From the NCBI RefSeq assembly GCF_009914755.1, contig NC_060945.1: 64,000 nucleotides of DNA. The stretch is one strand, 5' to 3'. This DNA comes from the human T2T-CHM13v2.0 reference genome, Homo sapiens. The notes under the pieces were generated by a model, which worked only from the letters and a program-made list of their open reading frames with translations, was not told the DNA's origin and ran no database searches. How positions within the stretch are numbered: the first letter of the stretch is position 1; the number at the start of each line of letters is the position of its first letter. Below, one piece after another: positions 1 through 14,372 of this stretch. A program made the translations under genes and the position numbers.

Positions 1-1280
1 TGGTTCTTGAGACTTTTTTGGGGGGGGGTCAGGTGCAAAATGGAAAACAAATTTGCTTGTTTTGTTTCTCAGATGTCTTTTCTGTCAGAGTGCATGTTTT
101 AAAATTAGCTTTAATCAAGTATAAACAAAGAAATATTAGAAAATAATTAAAATTTAACTGTGAAACTTAATCTATGTGTTGCTACTCTTAAATTATGGGA
201 TTGTATCTAAAAAGTGAAAAATAATTTGCCTTGGCTTAACATAGGACAGAAACATGAACCAGCAAGCTGAACTCTCAGTGTCTGTTTGGACTAAACTTAA
301 TGCATTTGTGTAAAATCTACCAGAAATGAATTCAAAGATGATAGGTAGTATTATAAAAGCTTCCTCTCTTACAAAGACTTTACCTCAGCATACCAGAAAG
401 AGTGAGCCCCTACAGTGCATGTTTATTTCTGAAGATGAACTAGAGCACTAGGCAAACACTAAATTATTAAGAGCTAAACTGAACACCAATAAGAAAGAGA
501 AGCAAAATTTTAAATTCTAATTCAAATGATATACTATGATAGTGTTATGTATCTAGATAGAATTTCTGCTTATATCCACTTCTAATATATTTTAAGTTCC
601 GGTAGTGATAGGGTTTGGATTTTTTAAATTTTAGTAATGTTTACTATGTATTTATGTTGAAATAAAGTTATTGTTCACACCCTGACACCAAAGGTCCCAT
701 TCTGCAAGGTAGGATTCTATTAATAGGCAACTGCATTGACTTTTATGACCCCATTCACTCCCTGAACACAGACACAGAAGTCAGCTGGTGACCACAAAAC
801 AGAATAAATCTTTAACCTCGGCACTGGTGACCAGCAATATAAAACTGCAACATTTGAAACACTGGCAATGATGACTCCTTTAACACTAGTTTAACTCAGT
901 GGCCATTGTTGTTAAACTGTTCATAATTTCTATTCCTCAGTAATATGACCCAATACTTCATGTTACCTTGTGTATTATGAGTAAGGTTACATAAATAAAA
1001 CAGCAAGATAATTCTGAAAATTTCTTGCCTCAATTCCAAGGGTAAAGACAACTATGAGTTACTAGAGATACTAAGAATTACTAGAATAACTAATAGTTAC
1101 TAGAGATAGTAAGAATATCTTAAGTTTCATAACTGGTTAAGATGTTTTAAAAATTAAATATAAAATTATGATCTATTGGATTCTAAAGGTATAGTCTGAA
1201 AGGTCATGTCATTTGGACTATGCTTTGTTAGTAAAGCAAAAAAAACCTAATATTAAACAAGAACTTAAATTTTCATATAC

Positions 1281-1351
1281 CTGTGATTGCTTCTTTTCAC
1301 TTCTTTCACACCTTTCTTGCTCTTCCTCTAAAGCCACTGGTAAGGTTTGTT
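1281..1351 (-). pseudogene. ANKRD20A: ANKRD20A-like exon (71 bp, EQTLPVALEEEQERCERSEKKQSQ)
   Basis: CAACAG|AACAAACC...TCACAG|GTATA. Confidence 0.9.
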
Positions 1352-1868
1352 CTGTTGACAAATTCATTGATTTAGTTCAAATGAACTAAGAAGAGTTAGA
1401 TAAAGACTATAATCTTTATAAAAATAAATAGAGAATAACATTTCTTTGTATTTTATATTTTGAGAGTTTGAATGAAACAATGTTTACTGAAATATTTACT
1501 TCTGTAAGAAATACTTCTAATTATCCAAAACTTCAACAAACCACTTGGGGAGACACCAGATATCACCAGATTCAAGCCATGCAAAATCTCAGGGACACTC
1601 ACAAATTGTTCCACCCAACGTAAGTCAACAAAACTGTTGGAAACAAAACAGAAATTTGAAATACAGTCAAAATATACAATGTAATGCTTTACTATACTTC
1701 ATAACAGTATCTTTTTAACAAGACACTAATTGAGTTAGCAGTTACTAATAACTTGCAAAATTATTGTTGTTTATACCTCAATTAGTGTGCACCCCATTTT
1801 TTATATCACAAATGTTTTCCCCTGCTATTCTGAAAAATTTATTTTCATCTTTTAAGACTCAGAAAGTA

Positions 1869-2162
1869 GGCTGGGCATAATAGCTCACATCTGTAATCCC
1901 AGCACTTTGGAAGGCCAAAATGGGAGAATTGCTCAAGGCCAAAAGTTTAAGACCAGCCTGGGAACCATAGGTAACCTTGACTCTACAAAAAATTAGACAG
2001 GTATGGTGATATGTTCCTGTTGTCCCCGCTACTCAAGAAGCTTAGATGAGAAGATCCCTCGAGCCCAGAAGTCTGAGGTTTCAGTGAGTCTCAATCATGC
2101 CATTGCACTCCAATCCTGGGTGATAGAGTAAGAACTTGTCTCCAAAAAGAGGAAGAAAAAAA
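1869..2162 (+). mobile_element. Alu (AluJ-like)
   Basis: Dimeric Alu with A-rich linker and tail, heavily CpG-decayed. Confidence 0.9.
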
Positions 2163-2708
2163 GGCTCAGAATGCTATGTGAAATCTTCCTTGATTCTAGC
2201 TATCTTTCTCCACACACACAGGTGTCTGCTTCGTTGGGGTCCCTTAGTACCTTGTCAATTTTTCTAGTGTCACTTTACCACCTGACCTGCACATCATGTC
2301 TTTACATGTTGACCCCCTTTGCTGCTAGACTGTAGAGGACAATCTTTTGAATCATCTTTGTATAAACAGTCTTAATTTTGCTAAATAATTACTTATTGAG
2401 TTCCTGCTAAGTGTTAGGCACTGGGGAATAAGGAAGGAAAATAGAAGCTGTCAGGGATGGCTTTCCTAAAGATCACCCATGAGCTGAGACTTAGAGAGTG
2501 AGGTTAGCCAGATTAAGCGAGGCAGAGGGCAGGAAAGGGTGAGCACATGCCAGGCGGCAACAAGAGAGGAAGAGAAGCCTCCAAGAGAGTATGTATTTCT
2601 CTGCAGAAGAGGAATGGTGAGGGGCCATTACCAGCAGCTCAGTAATTCCAGAGAAAAAGACAGATGGGGAAAGGGATACAGATGGAGATTTGGGCAGAAA
2701 TCAGTTTC

Positions 2709-3005
2709 CTTTCCTTTTCTTTTTTGGGACAAGGTTATACTCTGTCTCCCAGACTGGAGGGCAGTGGCATGATCTCAGCTCACTGCAACCCGGCCTCCCA
2801 GGTTCAAGTAATTCTCCTGCATCAGCCTCCTGAGTAGCTGAGATTACAGGCGCGTGCCACTACCACCTGCTAATTTTTGTATTTTATTAGAGATGGGGTT
2901 TCACCTTGTTGGCCAGGCTGGTCTTGAACTCCTGACCTCAAATGATCCACTTGCTTCAGCCTCCCAAAGTGCTGGGATCACAGACATGAGCCACCTTGCC
3001 CAACC
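2709..3005 (-). mobile_element. Alu (AluS-like)
   Basis: Antisense Alu; flanking near-duplicate agaa(a/g)tcagtttc consistent with a target-site duplication. Confidence 0.92.
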
Positions 3006-3431
3006 CAGAAGTCAGTTTCTGAAATCCTTATATAAACCTTTAAGATGCTTGGACATTAGGTATTCAGGAGTGGTTCACGGATCTATTTGCATTAAGGATA
3101 ATTCACTCTAAATACTGTGAGGAGCATAAAATTCTGAGGCATATAAATCAATGAACAAAGATAAAATATAAGGCAATGTTGCAAAGGTGATGCAGGCCTG
3201 AGGAGATGTTTTCAGAAATATTTAGGATATAGGTATCAGTGGCCATTATAAGAATGAATTTCTATTGAATAAATAAATGTATATATCTGGGTCCCTGAAG
3301 AAATACACTCTGCTCATTACTTTACAAATTTTATCAAATGAGAAGTAAAATAATATACATAAACTCTTTCAGTTACTTGTATTTACTTTACCCTTTTTCT
3401 TTTCAGTTTTACTGTGCCAAGGAAATGCATT

Positions 3432-3755
<324 letters not shown>

Positions 3756-4724
3756 AATATATGGGGATTTTGTTTTAAAAGTTATGTTTCCTGGATCTAC
3801 CAAGCTCATGAGAAAATAGAGCAAACAAGTCATTTGCATAGGTAAGAAACTTTGGATTTATAGCTTGTCCTCACTACTTTAGAAGATTATCATCATGTTT
3901 TGCAAAGCAAAATGTTAAACACAGACACAAGGGGAAAAAGAAATTAAAACTATAGGGGTGGGTGAAAAAATATTGCATAATTTATTACTGTTGACCTCAT
4001 CATATGACTGATTAAGGGCACTGAATTTAACTTGGATGTGAAGTAGACCTCATATTAGCTGCAGTTAATCAGTAGACCAGGCGTCCTAGCAGAATTAAAT
4101 TTGATGCTCCTGTGTTATCTTTAAAAGGCACAGCTTTTCTGAAAACCCTTACTCATAGTGCATGATTATCCATTAAGAAAAGGTGATGGAATATGTGAAT
4201 ACAGCTGAGGAGACACCACAAGGCAAATGCTAAGTGGTTCCCATTAATATTGCAAAAATCAACACTATAAAACAGAAAGCCATAGACATTATTTAATATT
4301 TGGTTTTGGGAGGTATTTTTAGTGGCACTGCATACAGTTGTACCTAATAATTGCTAAATTAGAGACGTAAAAGTAAAACAAAGGCACATTGTGTTTGAGT
4401 AGGAAATCTATAGACATCTAGCTGGTTTTCCCATCCAGCCACAAAATTCTAAATATAATCATGGTACCTGCACTCAAATTTATGTTAAATACCAACCTCA
4501 ATGAAATCACTCTTTCTTCCCATTCTCTTTGTTATTTATATGTTGCTTTCCTTAAGGGAAGAATACAAATGCCTTGCTAAGAACCATTCTGTTTGGTTGT
4601 AGGCTGCATAAGGGGAGTAAACACAAAGTACATTTGACCACAAAATGACTTTTTAAAAGTCAGAACTATGGTAGCATGAAGCCAAACGAGGTAATCTAGA
4701 ATAAAATTTTCTATGCTTCTTTCC

Positions 4725-4980
4725 CTTCTTTGCTCTCTTTCTACTCTAATAACTGCGATTCACACAGGTAAAGAAGAGTGTAATTCCTTGATAGAAACAC
4801 AGCTCCAAGATTAATCCTTTCTTTAACTATGAAGTTCGCGTGTCCAAAATCTGTGGTAGTTGCTGTCTGATTTTTATCACTGATGGTGATACAGATATTT
4901 ATCATCAACTCACAACTTCCCAAATCTTTGAAAAGTCTTACTATTGATGGTTCAACTAGTAGAAACATGATGTAAAATAT
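4725..4980 (-). pseudogene. Decayed ANKRD26/CCDC144-family exon inside the ANKRD20A intron
   Basis: Acceptor TTTTCAG intact. Translation in two frames gives ...TFQRFGKL*VDDKY and NQTATTTDFGHANFIVKERINLGAVFLSRNYTLLYLCESQLLE*KESKE, resembling CCDC144A ...CQRSKNLKVDDKC...[48 protein letters not shown] (recalled). Donor reads GG instead of GT. Confidence 0.72.
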
Positions 4981-5523
4981 CTGAAAATAAAGTTTTTATT
5001 TATTAGAATGTAAATAATAATACAAATTGTAATAAGGTGTAAAAGTTCTTTCTTCACTGAAGCAGTACCATGTTGTCCTCTACCCCACAAATGCACTACT
5101 CCCCCGTGGTCTAATGTATTTTAAAAGTCTTGTAATTGCTATTAACTCAGAAAAGTTTACTTAACTTGTTCTAAGCTTCTGGTATTTACTACAGTTTACT
5201 TTCAATCACTCAACCATCTCTGTTATATATGTTGTTTTCCATGAGAAATTTGTTTATTAGTAATTAAGATTCTTCAGGTATAAGAAAATATTTCAATAAC
5301 TAAGTTTGTGCATAAACACATTAAGGTCAAATACCCATGACATTATTGTGTGTTTCTGTGTACTAGAGACAAAAACTTCAAAAAAAATTTTAATGAATAT
5401 ACGTTAAATTAAAAAATGCTTTCATTAAACTGAGATAATCTTCCCTCAATGCATGAATACCTTCAGAATTCACATAGACCAAAGAATTGTATAAAGTATA
5501 ATAGCCTTAAAAATCTTATTTGT

Positions 5524-5825
5524 AGCTGGCACAATGACTCCCACCTGTAATCCCAGCACATTGGCAAGCCGAGGTGGGCAGATCACCTGAGGTCAGGAGT
5601 TCAAGAGCAGCCTGGCCAACCTGGTGAAACCCCATCTCTACTAAAAATAGAAAAATTAGCAGGGTATGGTAGCACGTGCAAGTAGTATCAGCTACTCGAG
5701 GGGCTGAGGCAGGAGAATTGCTTGAACCCGAGAGGCAGAGGTGGTAATGAGCCAAGACTGAGCCACTGCACTCCAGCCTTGGTGACAGAGCAAGACTCTG
5801 TCTCAAAAACACAAATAAACAAACA
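5524..5825 (+). mobile_element. Alu (AluS-like)
   Basis: Alu consensus similarity. Confidence 0.9.
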
Positions 5826-7304
5826 ACCTAATTTTTCCCATATAAGTCTATGTTCATACAAGATCTGAAGAGTACACAACACCGTGAGACAGGACAGACA
5901 TATATTTTAAAAGTTATATTCCTGGTTTCTGTAAAAATAAAATAGTTGAATTTAAGCTTTCAAGACAAGTCAACGAAAAGAGAATGCAAAAGTGAAACTC
6001 GAAGGGTCATTTCCCCATCAAGGGCTCATGATCACTGGACATTCACAAACTATACTGTTCAAAACATTAGATCTGAATTTTGATCCGAGTATCCCTTTAG
6101 TAGCAGTTTCATTCAAGGATGTCCAAGAGGTAAAATAAGACAATATCATTTGCTATTTTCAGTTTTCTTTTCTGAGAACAGCCCAGCATTCTTCTTCAGA
6201 GAAATGAATTGTGCTAACTTCATAGGCTAAAGGCTCATGAGTCATAGTTCTAAGGGTATTAATAAAATATGGTGGTGTATGCTTGTATTCTGAACTTTTC
6301 AGGTTTAAACTCTCATATAGTAAACGCTAATAGATACAAACCAATTAAAGAAAAGCCCTCTTAATCTGACATTATTTTTCTTTTTATTTCTTCATTTATC
6401 AGCAACAGGAGAGTCTAACTAAATGTGGTAAAGTGGTATGAGGGAATACAATGAACAGTGTAAAATGAATTAAACCAGGGATAATCACACCAATGTGGGT
6501 ACAAGTGGAAAATATAATACAAAACACACCAAAGAAAGTGGCAGAAAGGTATATAAAGTGTATAACCACTCACATACCATTTTAGGACACAAAAAATTCT
6601 GCATATTATTTCTGAGCATCACAATGTAATTAAAGATTTCAAAAGGGCATTGAAATGAAAAACAACCAACTTATGATGTTGGTAGCCTCTATGCAATCAT
6701 GTTTTAAAAACTTTAACACCAAAAAGGCTCAAAATCACCATTTTAAAAGACTGTGTCTACCAGTCATAAATGAATCATTACTTTCGTCATTTGTAATAGT
6801 CAAAGATGCCACAAGCGCACGCATACACACATCTATATATACACCTACACACACAGTCTTGCTCATTAGAACATCTGATAGGCTTCAGATCATCAGTGTA
6901 ATAACACTAGCAGCAAGCCTCTGAAGTTAAAACAGAAACTGACACTTTAATAAGTAAAGCTTTCCTCTAGGTAAAGATCAGAACTCCAACTAGCACTTAA
7001 CTCACTGGAAATATCTTAAGAGTCTCAAAATTCACTGCTTTGAATCCCTGACAAGTATAAAAATTTTATACTGAAAACTTCATGCTATTCAAAACATTTA
7101 AACAGAAACATCTGACTTAAAGCTTACATTTTTAAAATCTTTTTTATGCTTCTAAATTTGTTTTTATTCAAATATGGATACCAACAATAACATTTATGTC
7201 AATGCCTTCTGTTCAATATTGAACAAATAGAATTAGGAATAAGAATAATATGAGTACATCCAATCATTGAATGTACTTTATTTCCAGTATTCCATTAAAT
7301 GTAC

Positions 7305-7377
7305 CTGCTCTCAATGTCTGTACATTCTTTCTTTGTACTGCTCCTTTCACAGCAGGATCTTCCACTTCAGTGCTAGG
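7305..7377 (-). pseudogene. ANKRD20A: ANKRD20A-like exon (73 bp, PSTEVEDPAVKGAVQRKNVQTLRA)
   Basis: ATTCAG|CCTAGC...GAGCAG|GTAC. Confidence 0.9.
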
Positions 7378-7468
7378 CTGAATGGGTTTTAAAAGATAAC
7401 GATTCATAAATCATATATATTTTATACAACATGGAGTTAGTGATTCAAAAATATACATAATTAATTAC

Positions 7469-7497
7469 CTTCAAGGAAGGATGTTTTGCAGGAGGCC
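7469..7497 (-). pseudogene. ANKRD20A: ANKRD20A-like exon (29 bp, GPPAKHPSLK)
   Basis: TTGTAG|GGCCTCC...TTGAAG|GTAAT. Confidence 0.9.
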
Positions 7498-9904
7498 CTA
7501 CAAAGCAAAGGGGATATGTCATCAATTATATGTAAGTATGACAAGGCCAACCAAACATTCATGCAGTGTTACTGTCGAGCTGAATTCTCAGGTCTGGCTA
7601 TAAAAATAATTACTTAAGGTTTTGAGGGTTCTTCTTGGCTTCTTCTTTTCATTGCCTAGGACAGCAACATGACAGAAACACAATGAGGAAAATAGGAATA
7701 TAGGATTCCCAAAATGCACAGTTTATATTTCAGTAGTGAGATTATGTTTCAAATGCCTATACTTAAAATAGAAAAGCATTGATATAACCGTGAACATGTG
7801 GACTGATGAGGAGAAAAGGGACCATTAAACAGAGGGGCAAATCAAACCTGAGAGAATCAATGTCAAAGCTGATGGTGAATGTACAGAGTATTTTAACTCC
7901 ACACACCAGAGGCATTGCTGCCAGCACAGCACAAATAAATTCCCCTTGTCTTGTCACTGAGGAAATACGCAGTTGGGATGACAGTTCAGGTGAATGTGTG
8001 ATTCACCTCTCATCAAAGAAAGGGTTCTACATTGATCAGCTAGGATACACACTTATGAAATAACAGCTAATCAAACTACTCATTTTTCCCATGATCACAT
8101 GGGCTACTGCAGCACCTACATTTCTCCTATCCCCTCATTTGGCCTTGAATTAGAGCTCCTTGATCCACTCATGCAAGGTGGTCCATAAAACACATCAAAT
8201 AAACCATGTCGAATAAGCTTCTGATATGAAAATATTTATCAAAAAAGAAAACATTGAATGACCACAGACTTGCTGGATATTAATACATATTTATATTTCA
8301 AAATCAGTGCAGTATTTATTGAAAATGATAATTTTGGTTTTCATGGAATGAATTTTATGATTACTTCTAAAATTAACTGAGTTTGGTATATTATCTTACA
8401 CTGTAAAGGACTTTTATAAAACAGCTATCATATCGAAGAACTGGCTGTCTCAAAAAAATTTCACCAAAGCATCTATATGCAACTTAATCATATCTTATTC
8501 ACTCATGTCAGTGAAACTTCTCTCCCTGAGGCCTGACAGTTATCAAGTGAAATGAGCTGCTGTGGTTTACCCCAACTCTAGCACTCCCTCCTGTCTCCAG
8601 TACTCTCCACAGCAATAACCTCTTTTGTGAGACTGGGCATATGCTGAAGCAACTGGAAGTGAGTTGTCTCAAGTTAACTTGGCTTTAACTCCCAAGACCC
8701 CAGCAAATGTCTTTCTTTCCTCCTTTTGTGTCCTTTCACCATCCCTCTTCCTTTGAAAAAATGATTATCAGAACTGTCATCCTGATGCTTCCCTTCCTAA
8801 CTGCTTTTTATGGATGATTGTGACCACTTTTTTCATCTGTATTCAGCAGTAGTATACACCTGTAATCTCTCTTTTTTCATCTCATTTTCCTTCCCCTGTG
8901 GCTAGAATCATGCTCAGAAATAAAAGGAAATTAAAGCTTTCCCTGGATTCTGTTATCTTTTAAATTGCTCTCCAGTGGTTCTTTTTCCAGATTTCTCTAA
9001 AGGAAGGCTATTCCCTTGCTACTCAGAGCTGTGTCCAAGGACCAGCACAAACATCACCTGAGTGCTCATGAGAAATGCAGACTCCAATACCTGCTGAGTC
9101 AGAATGTGCACTTTCCAGAAGCTCCTCAACGTATTCATGACAATTTGAATGCCTTGTTCTACACTGGTGTGCTTCCATATTGGTTTACCCTAATTGGCCT
9201 TTTTGGCCTAGCCTCAACTTCTTTCCTATTATGTCCCTGAATTTAATACTACGTTATAAGCCATAATGTTTCTAATGAACTTTTAATCAGGCAAAGCTTC
9301 TCTAATTAATTTCTTCCCAATAAATCACCCAACACTATTCTTTTCAATTATGTTAATATGATACTATCCTATGAAGTTACAACATTTTCTATGAAAACAA
9401 ATTACAGTCATACATGGCTGACCATTTATGGTGATGTTCATCTATGGTAGATAAAACACAGGTCTGCATGGTAAAGTACCTCAATCCTTAATGCCTCCCC
9501 AGTAGCGAGAATGACAGCAAGAGAAGGAAAATGTTACTGTAATTATATGACACATTTTGGTACTGGAAGCTCACTTTATCTTCCTTCCTATTTCTAACAC
9601 CCTGTTCTTCCTTCTTCTACAGATCAATTTGACTTTACTACCCTCCATTACATACATCCACTTTTTTTTATTTATTCCATGTACACTCTGCCCTCCTCAT
9701 TCTTTCTTTCTCTTTTATTCATTTCCTCTTCCCTCTCTCCTGACTTGCCTCAGGTCTTAGAGTATGTTAAAATGGAACTCATAACTCACCTCCTTTAGTG
9801 GTACTTCCAATAGAATCAACTGCTGACCCTTGGTTAGAGACACCACTTATCACCATTTCATTTATCTTTTACTTATGATACAGTTAATAGGACATTTTCT
9901 TTAG

Positions 9905-10246
<342 letters not shown>

Positions 10247-10285
10247 CTCCATCAAATGACTTTTTAAATAAAATACGGTTCTCAC

Positions 10286-10370
10286 CTTTTCCTTTTCCAT
10301 TGACTATTCTGTTTCCTTTTTCATGAGAAGGTCCACGTAAAGGCTCTGACACTTTCTCGGGGACACACTG
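10286..10370 (-). pseudogene. ANKRD20A: ANKRD20A-like exon (85 bp, QCVPEKVSEPLRGPSHEKGNRIVNGKGK)
   Basis: CCTTAG|CAGTGTGTC...AAAAG|GTGAG. Confidence 0.92.
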
Positions 10371-10444
10371 CTAAGGTAATATCAAGAATTAGTTTCCATT
10401 TAAAATTATAATGAGTTGCATCAAGAGTTTCTTATCAATCTCTT

Positions 10445-10739
10445 TTTATGAAACTGGGTCTCACTCTGTCAACCCAGGGCTAGAATGCAGGGGCCTGATT
10501 ATGGCTCACTGTGGTCTCAAACTCCTGACCTCAAGCAATCTTCCCACCTCAACTTCCTGAATAGCTGGAACTACAGGTGCATACCATCATGTCATGCTAA
10601 TGTTTTTATTGTTATCTTTGTAGAGACAAGGCCTCATTATACCTCCCAGGCTGGTCTCAAGCTCCTGGGCTCAAGCAAATCTTCCACTTCTGCCTCCCAA
10701 AATGTTGAGATAAGCAGTGTGCACCACCACACCCAGCCC
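10445..10739 (-). mobile_element. Alu (AluJ-like)
   Basis: Antisense Alu. Confidence 0.88.
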
Positions 10740-10754
10740 TAATCAATTTCTTTA

Positions 10755-11060
<306 letters not shown>

Positions 11061-11428
11061 AATTTCAATTTAAAAGAGAGATACAAACAAAAAACAAGCC
11101 TAATTAGTCAATGAAATATGAGCTTAAGCCAAGAAAGAAAACGAAAAACATGAAGTACAATAAAGTACATGGGGAAATAGATCTATAACAGAGCCTTCGG
11201 TCTTTCATAACTCTGATAATACTAATTAATATTTATGCTGCAATTAGTTTTTTGTAAGTACTTCTGTGATAGTGTTTCTTACTATAAGACATTCAATTAG
11301 CTAAATATGGTCATCTACCATTACCTGAAAGAACATTATTATAACAGAGAGAGAAAACTGGAACTTTCCATCAACTTTCCACCCAGAAAAAGAATTGGTC
11401 ACCAGAATTCTAAAGAGTAATGTATGGC

Positions 11429-12200
11429 AGACACATGAAAAAATGCTCATCATCACTGGCCATCAGAGAAATGCAAATCGAAACCACTATGAGATATCAT
11501 TTCACACCAGTTAGAATGGCAATCATTAAAAAGTCAGGAAACAACAGGTGCTGGAGAGGATGTGGAGAAATAGGAATACTTTTACACTGTTGGTGGGACT
11601 GTAAACTAGTTCAACCATTGTGGAAGACAGTGTGGAGATTCCTCAAGGATCAAGAATTAGAAATACTGTTTGATCCAGCCATCCCATTACTGGATATATA
11701 TGCAAAGGATTATAAATCATGCTGCTATAAAGACACATGCACATGTATGTTTATTGCAGCACTATTCATAATAGCAAAGACTTGGAACCAACCCATATGC
11801 CCATCAATGATAGACTGGATTAAGAAAATGTGGCACTTACACACCATGGAATACTATGCAGCATAAAAAATGATGAGTTCATGTCCTTTGTAGGGACATG
11901 GATGAAGCTGGAAACCATCATTCTGAGCAAACTGTTCCAAGGACAGAAAACCAAACACCACATGTTCTCACTCATAGGTGGGAACTGAAAAATGAGAACA
12001 CTTGGACACAGGATGGGGAACATCACACACCATGGCCTGTCATGGGGTGGGGGGAGAGGGGAGGAATAGCATTAAGAGATATACCTAGTATAAATGACGA
12101 GTTAATGGGTGCAGCACACCAACATGGCACATGTATACATATTTAACAAACCTGCACGTTGTGCACATGTACCCTAGAACTTAAAGTATAATAATAATAA
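11429..12200 (+). mobile_element. 5'-truncated L1PA (ORF2 C-terminus plus 3'UTR) with 18-bp target-site duplication
   Basis: ORF 11420-11866 is the L1 ORF2 cysteine-rich end ([16 protein letters not shown]); G-rich 3'UTR; (ATA)n tail; taaagagtaatgtatggc duplicated at 11411-11428 and 12201-12218. Confidence 0.96.
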
Positions 12201-12569
12201 TAAAGAGTAATGTATGGCTTGAAATGGTGTATTTAATGGAACATGAGTTGGGTCTAATAAAAAGCTTAAGAAATATTAATCTAAAATCTCAATGTTAAGA
12301 TTCCAGTTGAATGATACTAGAAAATATATTGTAACCCTCTTTGCTACCGATGACCTATTTCTATTTTATTTCCTTTTTAATTATGGCATAAATTCTCAAC
12401 ATAACATGTCAAAACTTATACACCGTTAAATATTAAAAAATAATACAATGTAAGCAATATTTTAAATACAATATTTAATGATTAGATACATTAGGTTTAT
12501 TATATTACTTATAACATTCCATTATATAAAAATTCATTTGTTTATTTATTCAGATTAAACAACTATTAA

Positions 12570-12866
12570 GGCTGAATGTCTCATGTCTGTAACCCCAGCA
12601 CTTTGAGAGGCTGAGGCGAGCAGAACATTTGAGCCCAACAATTAAAGAAGAGCCTGGGCAACAAGGCAAAACCCTATCTCTACAAAACTCAGCCCAGCAT
12701 GGTGACACAGGTCTATGGTGACATAGCTCTATTGTTTCAACTACTTGGATGGCTGAGGTGTGAGGATCACCTGAGCCTAGGAAATGGAGATCAGAGTGAG
12801 CCAAGATCTCACCAGTGCCCTCCAGCCTGGGTGACAGAGTGAAACCCCATCTCAAAAAACAACAAG
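12570..12866 (+). mobile_element. Alu (AluJ-like)
   Basis: Alu similarity. Confidence 0.85.
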
Positions 12867-13044
12867 TAAAATGCTTCTTACATGGAAGACTGTATTCTAG
12901 GTACTCCAGGATACACACAAATATGTTTACTGACCTCCAGTAGCTTATGGTATGCAGGAGCTTCCAATGATCATTTAAAAAACTAAATAGAAAACCTTCT
13001 GACATTCAAACTTTCAGAATATGATATAAGGACTTTGAGTGGTT

Positions 13045-13359
13045 ATTTTATTTTATTTTATTTTTTAAGATGTAGTCTTGCTCTGTCACCCAGCCTACAG
13101 TGCAATGGTGCGATCTTGGCTCACTGCAATCTTTGCCTCCTGGGTTCAAGCGATTCTCCTGCCTTAGCCTCCTGAGCAACTGGGATTACAGGCATGCACT
13201 ATCATGCTTGGATAATTTTTGTGCTTTTTTTTTTTTTTTTTAAGAGACAGGGTTTCACCATGCTGGCCAGGCTGATCTTGAACTCCTGACCTCAGGTGAG
13301 CTACCCACCTCGGCCTCCAAAAGTGCTGGGATTACAGGTGTGAGCCACCACGCCTGGCC
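13045..13359 (-). mobile_element. Alu (AluS-like)
   Basis: Alu similarity. Confidence 0.9.
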
Positions 13360-14302
13360 AAGTAAATATTTTAAATAAACTACAATGACAAAATTATGAT
13401 GATAAAGACTTACCATATTGGTATTAAGAGTCTCTGCTTCTAGAACTGGTTATTTGCAGGAAAATACATGTTATTCAATTAGATGAAGTGTTTTATATAA
13501 ACTCTTCATGGACAACTCATAAATCACATAAAAATCCCTTTGCAATACAAATCTTGAGAACATAAATTTAAATTTCTACATTTCCACAATTTATATTTTT
13601 AAATCAGATACAATGTTACCCAGGCTGTTCTCAAACTCCTGTGTTCAAGCAATCTTACTGTCTCAAACTCCCAAGTAGCAGGGACTACAGGTGTACACCA
13701 CCAAACTCAGCTATTTTTCTACAACTTTTAATACTTTTTTAGTCTCACTACAGAACCAATAATATAAGTAGAGAAACAATCTCTCCTAAAAACTATATGA
13801 CACCAAAATGATAAGTTTCCAAGAACAAAAGCTATATGCTATGTGCTGAACATTTCTGCCACTAAAAATTACCAGGAGGATTCCATGATTACTGCAAACA
13901 ATTTGATCCACTGAAGGTTTATACAGGAATAAATATTAAGAAAGTCACACTCGTATGATTTAAAAGTCAAAGTATTAGTATTTATCCAAATAAACTTTAA
14001 CCAAAGTTCATATTTCTTCTATTGGAGAAAGCATTTCCTAATGTGATTTTCCTGTGACTACTTATTTTCCAGTTCATTTATTTTTCAGCTCCCACCCTGT
14101 CACAGTACTTACCAATCTTTATTAGTTACCAAAGTTAAACACATTTTTTGAATCAACTAGCCATGTGTATGTTTTTCTCTGACCAGCTTTCCATTACCAC
14201 CATAAAACAATGATAGGTAAACCACTGCTAAATTTGAAAAGTAAATACTATGCAAAACTACACCCAGAGTGAGAAGATTAATTTTACAAGAGACCACTTT
14301 AC

Positions 14303-14372
14303 CTTAGTAGCAACACTCAAGTCTTCATCATCCAATGTAGGCAATGAATCCACACACAGTTCATGCAAAATG
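14303..14372 (-). pseudogene. ANKRD20A: ANKRD20A-like exon (70 bp, ILHELCVDSLPTLDDEDLSVATK)
   Basis: CTCAAG|CATTTTG...ACTAAG|GTAAA. Confidence 0.9.
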
